Shown one piece after another: positions 1 through 11,700 of a stretch of DNA of 64,000 nucleotides. Numbering within the stretch: position 1 is the stretch's first letter; each line of letters opens with the position of its first letter. The DNA lies in the IMG/VR virus record IMGVR_UViG_3300041964_000083, positions 64,001-128,000 of that record; one strand, 5' to 3'. The position numbers and the translations under genes were made by a program. Source of the DNA: a virus. The notes below the pieces were generated by a model, which worked only from the letters and a program-made list of their open reading frames with translations, searched no databases and was not told the DNA's origin.

Positions 1-2724
1 TTTGGGGAACTGGCTCAACTAAGAACTACGGCTGCTCAAGTTGGTGGTGGAACTGCACCAACACCCGTAGCCGATCAAGACACATATGAAACGAACCCAG
101 ATACTGGACAACCCTACACTATTCGAGAGCTAAAGAAAAAAGCATCAGAAAAAGGAGTATATCGTTACTCTGAAATGACAAGTGATCAGCTTAAAGAGGC
201 GTTAAGGGCAACAGATAAAGACCCTGACCAACAAGAAAGGCTAGGGAAAACTCTAACTAGAGAGCGATCACTTACTGGGCGTGCCCAACGCGCTGGTTTA
301 ATTGGCAAAACTAAACCTGAAAAGCAATTTGTTCAATGGACGCGGGAATGGAACAAGATTTCTAAGTTTGCTGATTATGTCGGCAAAGCGCCACTAGGTT
401 GGGGGATGACAGCAACTGCTGCATTCTTGGCGGGTACAGCAGTTCGTACTTATGAGCAAGCTAAAGACCACTATCGACAAGGTTTGAATGACTCAGCACG
501 AGCCGCTGAAGCGCGTGCCGTTGGAATGGATACGAGTCGCGTTAGCAAAGAAAATATTGCATTTGTGGTTGGCGGTTTTAATGGGTTAGGGCATTCATCT
601 CAGAAGATGCGCGAACTATTGGAAGAAGACCCTCAGCTAACTGATAAAAATCATTATGTGCAATTTGATTTAAAAGAAACCGATGTTCCTCCTTACGACG
701 GTAACAAGCGTAACCCCGATGGTTCTTATAGTTTGGGTTATTTAGGGTATGTTGCAACTAGAGGTGTAGGGCAATTTGCTAAAGATTTGACCAGACAGCG
801 TAACGATGATGCTGTAGAACTAGCCGCCCAAATTTATGCTCATGCGGTACGACGCAATGCGACCAATTATCAGATGGCGCATAAAGACAAAAGCTTCAAC
901 ATCGTGTCGCATTCGGTAGGTGGCGAAGTCGTGAACCAAGCAATGGATATCCTATCCAAAATGAAAGCGGTAGGGGGGAAGAGTTCACCTACAGGGAAGG
1001 AGGTACTAGAGCGAGTTAATATTGTTCACCTATCCGCTCCCGATACGGGGTTTACTGAAAACCTTCCAGGTAACTACCGCAATATTACTTCTGGGCAAGA
1101 CCCTTTTTCTTGGATGCCCAAACGTCGAGAAAAGTGGGTAAGTACGGTTAAAGGGAATGAGCCTGAAGATTATATTCGTGACCCAGAGGTGCGAGAACAG
1201 ATTCGTCAAGGGTTTGGCTATTACGATATCAGTGCTAAACAACGGGAACGTAGCGAGAAGACGCGATCGCGCAAGAAGAAAGAACCGAGTGCAGCTAAAT
1301 CAAAACCGAAGCCTAAACCTAAAGCAAAATCTCAAGGCACAGAACAGAAAACAGATGCTTACTGGGAAGCATTTAATGCGGTTCGCTTAGATGCAGCTCG
1401 AAAAAAAGCTAAATGTAAAACAGGTAAACCTTGTAAGGATGTCTGCATACCCAAAAACGCTATTTGCCGCGATGACGTGATTAAACGGGTAAAAATAGGT
1501 GCGGAAATTACAGGTAAAGGGTTATTGGCTGCTGCTGGTGTAGGACTAGCGGTAGGTGCTGCTAGTATTTTGTCACCTGGAGGTGGACTCCCCATGCCAG
1601 GGAAACCACCCAAAATTGATATTAAAGCACCTGTAGTTGATAAACAAGCTCAGAAAGAAAGATCAGAGCAAATACGTAAACAAGGCGAAGAAATTGGGCA
1701 GCAGGTTAAAGAAGGGTTAGAGAAAACACGACAGCGTTTTGAAGATGAGCGCAAAGCAAGACGAGAAGAGGAAAAAGTGGAACGGGAACGCAAAAAAACC
1801 GAAAGTAGAGCGCAACGACAAAAGGAACAAGAAGAAGCTTGGAACAAAATTCAAGCTAAAAGAAGACAAGCCATTGCCACCAACAAACAGGTAATTGATG
1901 AAAATTTCGATGATTGGGTTGATCGAGCTTCAGCTAATACACTGGATTTAACACCCGAAGAACGCGCAAAAAAAAGTGAAGCTGGCGATCGTTTCCTTAA
2001 TGGAAAAGGTATGGGGGCTATCGCTGGTGGTAGTTATAGCGAATTTTTGTTACTACAAAACCATGTAGCTAAATCTAGTCCAGAAGAAGCTTACAAAGCG
2101 TGGAAGCAAGAAATGGGGTTAACCAAAGAACAACTACAAGAAAAAGTTATTTCTAGGTATGCTCCTGATGACGAACTTGAAATGCAGCACGATGATATTG
2201 ACAAGGGAGAAGGCACAAAAGAAGAAAAAACGTTTTCTAAGCAGCTTGCTACAACACGTCACAACAACAAAGTAGCAGCATACAAAAAAATTGCCGAAAA
2301 AATGGCTAATGATGTTGACTTAGTAAACCCAAGGCAACGCAAGTCCGAATTTGAAATGTCAGCAAAAATGGCAGGTGCAGCTAAAGATTTAGTTGGTGGA
2401 ATGAATAAGACATTGCGGGATATTGAAGACTGGGATATAGGCAAAGATTTTGATAAGGTATTTAACCAATTTAAAGATAGATTTAAATCTAACTTTGGTG
2501 AAGGTAATACCCGATCACGTAGTACCAAAACATTTGCTGGTAATGATTGGTGGGATGCACTAGAAGTTAAGCAAGCTTCTACGGAACCAGAAGTTAAACA
2601 AGCATTTAAGAAAAAAGCTAGACAATACCATCCAGATATTAATAAAGCGCCAGAAGCTGAAGAACAAATGAAAGAAATTGTCAACGCTTACGAACTTTGG
2701 CAGCACCATAACAAGCGCAAATAG
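1..2724 (+). CDS. Large multidomain phage protein, 5' truncated by window edge: Rho-N/SAP-like HeH, alpha/beta-hydrolase-like domain, Cys4 motif + hydrophobic helix, C-terminal DnaJ J-domain
   Basis: Frame open from base 1 (TIRELKKKASEKGVYRYSEMTSDQLKEAL); GGFNG and SHSVGG hydrolase motifs; CKTGKPCKDVCIPKNAIC; WWDALEV...AFKKKARQYHPD...IVNAYELW J-domain with HPD. Confidence 0.75.
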   Translation, partial: FGELAQLRTTAAQVGGGTAPTPVADQDTYETNPDTGQPYTIRELKKKASEKGVYRYSEMTSDQLKEALRATDKDPDQQERLGKTLTRERSLTGRAQRAGLIGKTKPEKQFVQWTREWNKISKFADYVGKAPLGWGMTATAAFLAGTAVRTYEQAKDHYRQGLNDSARAAEARAVGMDTSRVSKENIAFVVGGFNGLGHSSQKMRELLEEDPQLTDKNHYVQFDLKETDVPPYDGNKRNPDGSYSLGYLGYVATRGVGQFAKDLTRQRNDDAVELAAQIYAHAVRRNATNYQMAHKDKSFNIVSHSVGGEVVNQAMDILSKMKAVGGKSSPTGKEVLERVNIVHLSAPDTGFTENLPGNYRNITSGQDPFSWMPKRREKWVSTVKGNEPEDYIRDPEVREQIRQGFGYYDISAKQRERSEKTRSRKKKEPSAAKSKPKPKPKAKSQGTEQKTDAYWEAFNAVRLDAARKKAKCKTGKPCKDVCIPKNAICRDDVIKRVKIGAEITGKGLLAAAGVGLAVGAASILSPGGGLPMPGKPPKIDIKAPVVDKQAQKERSEQIRKQGEEIGQQVKEGLEKTRQRFEDERKARREEEKVERERKKTESRAQRQKEQEEAWNKIQAKRRQAIATNKQVIDENFDDWVDRASANTLDLTPEERAKKSEAGDRFLNGKGMGAIAGGSYSEFLLLQNHVAKSSPEEAYKAWKQEMGLTKEQLQEKVISRYAPDDELEMQHDDIDKGEGTKEEKTFSKQLATTRHNNKVAAYKKIAEKMANDVDLVNPRQRKSEFEMSAKMAGAAKDLVGGMNKTLRDIEDWDIGKDFDKVFNQFKDRFKSNFGEGNTRSRSTKTFAGNDWWDALEVKQASTEPEVKQAFKKKARQYHPDINKAPEAEEQMKEIVNAYELWQHHNKRK

Positions 2725-5700
2725 ATGCCAGCAACTAACAACGCGGTTCAAATTGTCATTAGTGCCACCGACAACGCCAGTGGTGTTATTTCCAACATTC
2801 AATCAAGCCTGAGTGGTTTATCAAAGCTTGTTTCTCAACCACTACAGACGGCATTATTAAATCTTAACCGTGTTACCAACTCTGTTTCTCAAGATATTGT
2901 CGATAAAGTTGGCGCAATTGGCAAATCATTCAACCAAGTTTTTAGCAATATAGCCAGCCCAGTCTCCTTTCCTCTGAGTGGGTTGACGCGATCGCTTGAT
3001 GAAATTCCGGGTTTATTCACATCAGCCTTCACTCGTGGTAGTCAAGCTGCAACCATAGCAATTCAGGATATTGGTGGAGTAGACACAAGGGATTTAAATC
3101 AGTCTCTTGGTGAAGTACCTAAACTATTTAACTCCACATTCACTCGTGGTGCTCAAGCTGCAAACAATGCGCTTAAAGAGATTGGTGGATTAGATGTAGG
3201 TGAGCTAAATCAATCTTTAGCAGGTGTACCACAACTATTCAACTCTACATTTATTCGCGGTAGTCAGGCAGCTAATAGCGCACTCCAGAATATTGGCGGT
3301 ATTGATACAGGCAAATTAACTCAATCCCTTGATAGAGTTCCACAACTATTCAACTCGACTTTCATTCGCAGCACTCAATCAGCTCAAAACGCGCTTAAAA
3401 GTATTGGTAGTGTTAATACCAGTGGATTGAGCCAGTCTTTAGGTGAAGTTCCAGCTTTGTTCGCTTCGGCATTTAATCGTAGCGGTCAGGTGGCAAACAA
3501 TGCTCTCCAGAATATTGGCAAATTAAATACTGGTGAACTATCTCAATCATTAGCCGAAGTTCCCAAACTATTTAACTCAACATTTACGCGCAGCAGTCAA
3601 GTAGCTCAGAATGCGCTACGGGATATTGGTGGAATAGAGACTGATGGATTGACGCGATCGCTAAATGAAATTCCAACCTTATTTGCAGCAACATTTACTC
3701 GCAGCGCTCAGTCGGCGCAAAAAGTCATTCAATCGATTGGTGGTGTAGAAACAAACCAGATAACACAGTCTTTAGCTGAAGTTCCAGGTTTATTCACATC
3801 AGCATTTACTCGTGGTACTAACGCTGCAACAAATGCTCTCCAATCGATGGGAGAATTAAATACTGAGGGACTAACTCAATCTCTGGATGAAGTACCGCAG
3901 CTTTTCAATTCAGCGTTTACCCGTGGAAGTCAGGCTGCAACTACAGCTCTTGGGTCAATTAATGGAATTGATACAGACAAACTAGACCAATCACTAAGTG
4001 AAGTACCAAGTTTATTTGCTAGGGTATTTAACCAAAGCAATCAGATTGCTCAAAACAATCTTGAATCGATTGGTGGAGTGGACACAAGGGAAATAACCCA
4101 ATCATTAGCTGAAGTTCCAACCTTATTCACATCAGCATTTAGTCGTGGAGAGCAGGTAGCACAAAATGCTTTTAAAGGTATTGGAAATATTAATACGGGT
4201 GAATTAAAGCAATCCTTAAACGAGATACCGAGTTTATTTAATTCAACATTTACTCGTAGCGCACAATTAGCACAGAACAAACTCAAAGATTTCGATGGTA
4301 TAAATACTGGCAAATTAACGCAATCGCTAAGTGAGGTTCCACAGCTTTTTAGTTCAACTTTTAATCGAAGTAGCCAAGTTGCCCAAAATGCTCTCCAGAA
4401 CATTGGCGACGTTAATACTGACGGATTAGCTCAATCATTGGGTGAAGTGCCGCGTTTATTTACTTCATTTTTTACCCGTGGTACTCAAACTGCTCAGAAT
4501 GCGCTTCAAAACATTGGTGATATTGATGCTAGTGAGCTAACGCGATCGCTAGACAAGATTCCAAGTTTATTCACAACCACATTCACCCGTAGTAGCCAAG
4601 TAGCAAAAAATGCGCTTCAAAACATTGGAGAAATAGATACGGGTAAATTAATCCAATCAATTGATGAGGTACCAAGCTTACTCGTATCAACATTTACTCG
4701 TGGTAGTCAAGCGGTTAACAACGCACTTCAAAATATTGATGGAATCGATACCGACAAACTAACTCAGTCTTTGTCAGAAGTACCAGCTTTGTTTACTTCA
4801 ACATTCAATCAGGGGAGTCGTGCAGCTACTAATGCTCTTCAGGCGATTGGTGGCATAGACACTGGAGGGTTAACTGAATCTCTTGGTGAAGTACCTCAAT
4901 TGTTTAATTCGGCATTTACTCGTGGTAAGCAATCGGCAAATAATGCCATTCAGGGTATTGGTGAATTAAGCACGGATAAACTTAATCAATCACTAGAAGA
5001 AATACCGCGACTATTTGGCACAACATTTACTCGTAGTAGGCAAGTTGCGGACAATGCTTTTCAAAATATTGATGGGATAAACACTGGTAAATTAGATCAG
5101 TCTTTAAATCAAATACTTAAACTTTTCACATCAACATTTAATCAAAGCAGTCAGGCTGCAACCAATGCTTTACAGAAAATTGGTGGAGTAGATACCGACA
5201 AACTAACTCAATCAATCAACGAAGTTCCCCAATTATTAGGCTCTTCATTTACTCGTGGCAGTCAAGCGGCAACTACGGCACTTCAGAATATTGGTAAGCT
5301 TGACACAGGCAGACTTACTCAATCTTTAGGCGAAATACCCGCTTTATTTAATTCAGCGTTTACTCGTGGTGGTCAAGTAGCACAAAATGCACTTGCAAGT
5401 GTTGATGGTATTGACACGAGTAGATTAACCCAATCATTGAGTGGTGTTCCACAACTATTCAACTCAGCATTTGATCGTAGCAGTCAAGCCGCAACCACCG
5501 CGCTTCAGAATATCGGTGAATTAAATACAAGCGGTTTAACCCAATCTCTTGGTGAGATTCCGACACTTTTTAATTCAGCGTTCACCCGTGGTTCGCAATC
5601 AGCTCAAAATGCTCTTCAGGACATTGGTGGTGTTGTCGATACAAGCGAACTTACTCAATCGCTGAGTGAAGTTCCACAAATTTTTAACTCAACATTCGCT

Positions 5701-8700
5701 CGTAGTAGTCAAGTTGCACAGAACGCCATACAGTCAATCGGGGAAGTCGATACGGGTGCGCTAAGTCAATCTTTGGGTGAAATACCGAGTTTATTTGCAT
5801 CAACATTTAATCGTAGTCGCCAAACGGCTTCAGATGCGCTTAAAGATATTGGAGGAGTAAACACCGACGAATTAAATCAATCGCTAGGCAAAATTCCGCA
5901 ACTCTTTAACTCGGCATTTAGTCGAGGTAGTCAGGTTGCCACAGATTCACTTCAAACCGTGGGTGAATTGAACACCGACGAATTAACGCGATCGCTAGCC
6001 GAAATACCTGATTTATTTAACTCGACCTTCACCCGTAGTCGTCAGTCAGCTCAAACTGCCTTACAGTCAATTGGTGGTATTGATACTGGAGAACTAAGCC
6101 AGTCTGTCAATAGTATCCCACCGCTCTTTACTTCAGCGTTTGATAAAGGCAGTCAAGCCGCAGAAAATGCACTTCAAGATATTGGTGGGGTAGATGCCCG
6201 TAAGTTGACACAATCTTTAGAAGATGTTCCGGGTTTATTCGCCTCGACATTTAATCGGAGCGCTCAAGCAGCACAGAACGCTCTCCAGAGCATCGGTGAA
6301 TTAAATACAAGTGGTTTAACTCAATCATTGAGTGAGGTTCCAGTTTTATTTAATTTGGCATTCACCCGTAGTAGTCAGGCTGCAAGCAACGCTCTTCAGG
6401 GTATCGACAAACTTGACACAAAGCGTTTAAGCCAATCACTAGACGAGATTCCTCAACTATTTACATCGACATTTACTCGTGGTAATCAAGTTGCTCAAGA
6501 TGCACTTCAGAATATTGATGGCGTCAATACAGATAACCTAAAGCAGTCGCTAAATGAAGTCCCAAGTTTATTTACATCAGTATTTAATCGTAGCCGTTCA
6601 GTTGCCACCAATACCCTTCGATCAATTGGTGGAGTAGATACTAGTGAATTAACGCGATCGCTAAGTGGAATACCTCAATTCTTCACTTCAGCATTTACCC
6701 GTGGTGTTCAGATAGCACAAAATACCTTTCAGAGTATTGGCGAACTTGACACTGGTGAATTGAATCAGTCTCTGAGTGAGATTCCTCAATTATTTAACTC
6801 CGCATTCACCCGTGGTAACCAATCTGCTACCAACGCTCTTCAGAATATTGGTAATGTAGACACTAGCGGACTGACTCAATCACTGACTGAAGTCCCGCAG
6901 ATTCTCAACTCAGCATTCACTCGCGGCAGTCAATCAGCAAACAGCGCACTCCAAGATATTGGTGGTGTTAATACAGATGAACTAACGCAATCGCTGAATG
7001 AAGTACCTCAACTCTTTAGCTCTACGTTTAATCGCGGCACTCAAGCCGCAACTAATGCTCTTCAAAACATTGGTGAACTCAATACAAGTGGTTTAACTCA
7101 AGCGCTAGGCGAGGTTCTAACTTTATTTAATTCAGCTTTCACTCGTGGTAGTCAGGCGGCAAACAGCGCACTTCAGTCCATTGATGATATCGACACGGGT
7201 AACTTAAATCGGTCTTTGGCTGAAATCCCTCAGTTATTCACTTCAACATTTAATCGGGGTACTCAAGCTGCGCGGAATGCTCTACAGTCAATTGATGGAG
7301 TAGATACAAATCAGCTGGGTCAATCTCTAAGTGAGGTTCCTCAGCTATTTACGTCGGCATTTACCCGTGGGGGTCAAGCAGCACAAGATACGATCGCGTC
7401 CGTGTTTTCAGATATCCCCGCAGATGTATCAACGCTGTTTAGTGATATATCGAATCGCGCTAAAACTTCGGTTGATAGTTTATTTCAAGGAATTGCACCA
7501 GATACTGGAAAACTTAATGCCGCAATTAAGCCTATTGGCAATGCTATACCAGATTCGCTAAAACCTGGAATTGCATCTGCACGGCAAACTTTTGCAAGCT
7601 TTTTTCAATCAATCCCTAATCAAGTTGATGATTGGCTTGCAGCACTACCTACATCATTAGGTAATGCTGTTAACAGTGCAGTTGACAGCATTGCATTAAA
7701 TTTTGATGGATTGACGCGATCGCTTACCGATGGTCTATCCGATGCCTTTGGTGGTGCGGCTCTAGGGATTGGTGATATTGGTGCTGGATTAAACCCTTTT
7801 GCAGGATTAGCATCTGGGATTAGCGGTGCTGCCACTGGATTAGATAAAGTCGGAACATCTATTAGTAGCGCGATCACATCTGGCTTTACCAAAGCCAATA
7901 CTCAAGTAGATGGATTTTTCACTGGAATTACAAACCGAGTACCCAATCTTCTATCGGGTTTACCCCAAGCTATTTTAGCTCAATTAGATACGTCTGTTAA
8001 AGCACTCACTCCTGATTTAAGCGGTATTCAAGCATCGTTTGGTCGAATTAGCGATGCATTTGCCATCGGATTTGAACCAGGAATCGCCGCAGCACAAGAA
8101 GAAGTTGAAACATTTTTCCGAGAAATTGCTCAAAATGCACCCGAATGGATGCGGGATTTACCGCAGTCAATTACAAATACATTCGATAGTGCATTTAATT
8201 CAATAAACCTTGGACAAGCCTCGTCAAACTTTTTAGAGTTTGGTGAAAATGTATTTTCTGTATTTGACAGTATTGGAGACGCAATCAATGATACTGGTAA
8301 TTTAATCCGAAATCTTGACACTATTTTCCAGACAACTCTAGGCACTAGTCTGGGTGACTTGGTTAAGAAACAAATTGAAGACCTTAACGATGATATGGGT
8401 AAGGTTTTTGATGACGGACAAATATTAATACCATTGTCAACAACATTAGGTGAGCTTGCTAAAACAGGTACACCCGCAGGTGCTAGCTTCTTCTCTGGGT
8501 TTTTTGGAGCTTTTGGTGAAGAATTTGCTAGTTTCTTTCCTACATTCACAAGTCTTATTTCAAAAGGAATAAGCAGTGTTACAGGGCTGATTCCATCTTT
8601 ATTCGGTTCAATTTCGTCGTTAATACCTAGTACCCTTAAAACGGCATTTTCTTCTGTAACAGCAACCGCAGGGTCAGCTTTCACTTCCATTTCGGCATTA

Positions 8701-11700
8701 ATACCCACCACGTTTACATCAGCCTTTAGTTCAGCTGCGGGCAGTATCAGTACAACTATAAGCTCTGCATTTTCGTCTGTAACAACAACCGCAGCATCTA
8801 TATTCACCTCAATTTCAGCAAGAATACCCAGTTGGCTTGCTGGCGCACCAGCGGCAATAATTGATACATTTGATCGTGCTTGGTTTGGCGTTGCCGATTC
8901 ATTTGAAACTACGTTTAGTTCTATAGACTTTGCAGGAAATGTTGGCGCTAATTTAGCTAGTATCGGCACAGGTGCAGACGATTATGCTAGAGTATTTGAT
9001 TTACTGAAAAATTCTGTTGGTGGGGTAACCGACGCAATTGGAACTGTTACCCAGCAGGCGTTCTTCTTCACCGAAGGATTCAGTGCTTTACAAGGATTAG
9101 TACAAAACGGTCCTTATCAACTACTTGTTCAGCAGAACGTAGAATTGCAGCAGCAACTATTAGAAACACAAGCAAGTCTAGTTGCTACAAACAAAATCAT
9201 GCAGTCAGGGCAGCAAATTGTTGATCCTACTGCGGCAATTCAAGCATTAAATGCGCCAATTCGTTCCGCGATCGCGCAACTTAGACAAGATAGTTTAGAG
9301 CTTGTTGGTGTTACTTCTAAAGACTTAGTTGGTGTGTTTCAAGTTGTGGCACAACAAGCTTCTGGGATTGGAATTAACATTCAAGAAGCTCAAAAACTTA
9401 CAGTTTCATTCTCGGCTGCACTTGGAACAATGGGTGTGCCGCTCCACCAAGCGTCGCAAGAGATAACATCAATTTTGACAAGTCAAATTGACCAAAATAG
9501 CGTCGTAGCAAAGAATCTAGGACTAAATAATGATTTAATTCAACGCTTATCTACACAAGGTAAGTTGTATGATTTCTTGCAACAAAAACTGGGCGCTTTC
9601 CGAGAAGGAAATAAATTACAGTCTCAAACAATTGAAGGTATAACTTCAAACATTCAAGAACTGGTAGACACAGTTGGACTTGCTGCGGGAGAACAATTAA
9701 TTAAACCAATTGTTGATAATTTAAATCAGGTTTATTCATATTTACAAAATAACTTTAAGACTATTTCTGATTATGCCACATCATTAGTTGGAAAACTTAG
9801 TACCGCAGGTCAATATGTAGCAGAAGCTGTTGGATTAGTATTGAACAGTATTGCTGGTGTTTTAGGCGCAACAACCAATTCGCTATTTGATTTTCTAATT
9901 ATTGGCGCAAAAGGATTTAAAGACGCGGTAGCTACAATGCTTCCGATATTTCAACCTTTTATTGATTCGCTGGCAATACTAATAACAGTTGCAGGTAATT
10001 TGTCCGAGGCAATAGGTGAATTGCCATTTACCCAGCTTTTCTTCCAATTCAAAATTCTTACAACAGGTGCTGGATTATTAAAAGAATCATTCAGCGCATT
10101 TGCGGGTGTTACGCCAATACTTGGCGAAGCCATGTTCTTAATGGGTGGTCGTGCTAACGGGTTAGTTGGTACATTTACTAATCTCACCCAAGCGTTGGGT
10201 AATAGCAGTGCAGCAATGGGGTTGCTGGCTGGCAAGCATATGAACGATATCCCAATACTTGCTGGGCTTGTTCAAAATAAAGTCACGGGTATGCTTGGAC
10301 CATTCAGTGCATTTGGTCCCGTAATTAGCGGTTTAGTTCCACAGTTATCAACCGGTGCGATCGCGTTAGTTGGTTTAACTAAGCAATTCCCAGTACTTGG
10401 AAGCACAATCACAAGCGCAGCAGGTATGATACCTGGGCTTTTGAGTAGTACTGGCGCTTTAGCGGGATCTAAAGGATTTGGAGCGTTAGGTGCAAGCCTA
10501 ACAGCAGCTTCGGGTAACCTCAGTACATTTTTGAGCGGTACGGATTTAGCTACTTTTGCCAGTGAGAAGTTAACAGAAGTAACCAAGCAAGTTAGAGCAG
10601 AGTTCATCAAAACAATTACAACTACAGGGCTTGTGATTGCTGGTCTTGCTGCACTAGCCATAATTGTGGTTGAAGTCACTAAGCGAATGCAAGATGGTGG
10701 CGCACCGATTAAGCAACTAGCCAAAGACACACAGAATACAGCCAACTTAATTCGAGATACTTGGGACAAAACACGCGCTACAACCAGTAAAAAGTTATTT
10801 GAAGACCAGCAAGTTCCAGCAACCGATTGGATTGACACGATGATTCTCAAGACCCGTGAGCTTGAGAAGGGAACTCTGCAAATCACAGACGCTATGAGCG
10901 CTGTTCAAGCGGTAGGTGCAATTTTAGCTAAGGGATTTGATTTTGTTGCCAAGGCTGTACAGTCTGTTGTTGTTTTGGTATATGAAGGAGTGCAAGGGAT
11001 TGTTGCAGGGGCACAGTTAGCATTTAATGTGCTAAAAAACCCACTAGATACTAAAGCTATTGAAGCTTCAATGCAGAAATTGGTAAGTGTTGGAGATAAC
11101 GCTTCAGATGGATTGCAAGAAACTTGGTCACGTAGCTTTGGCGATATTCAGACCAAAGGCGAAAAATCGATGACTGACATTGGTGACGCCTTAAAGTCGG
11201 GGGGGTTGCAGCGTGGTGTCAAAGACATGGTTGACCAAGTTAATAGTTTAATTGCTAGCGGACTCCAACCCGGTAAATTATTTGAAAAAGAATTAGAACC
11301 AGTTAGCACGGCTATAGAAAATCTCAAAAACAAAACAGGTTCAGTAAAAGATGTACGAGACGCGATCGCAACACTCCCAGATTCAATACCGGCTGATCGC
11401 AAACGAGAATTCCTGGATTTGGTTAACAAGGAATTCCCAAACGGTGTAGCTGAGTCGGGTGAATCTACAGAAGCATTCCAAGAGCGCTTAAAAAACCTTA
11501 GCAAACAGCTAGGCGTAACAGGTTCAGATGCATCTAATATTAGGCTTGAAGAAATTCGTGAAAAGCTTGAAGGTAATATTCAATCAATCAACCAACAGAT
11601 TGATGCTCTGAAGCGTTCTGGACAAGGGTACAGTGGTAACGCCCGTGAGCTTCGGAGTTTGGAGGGACAACTAAAGACAGCTAAAGATGCGTTTGATAAA

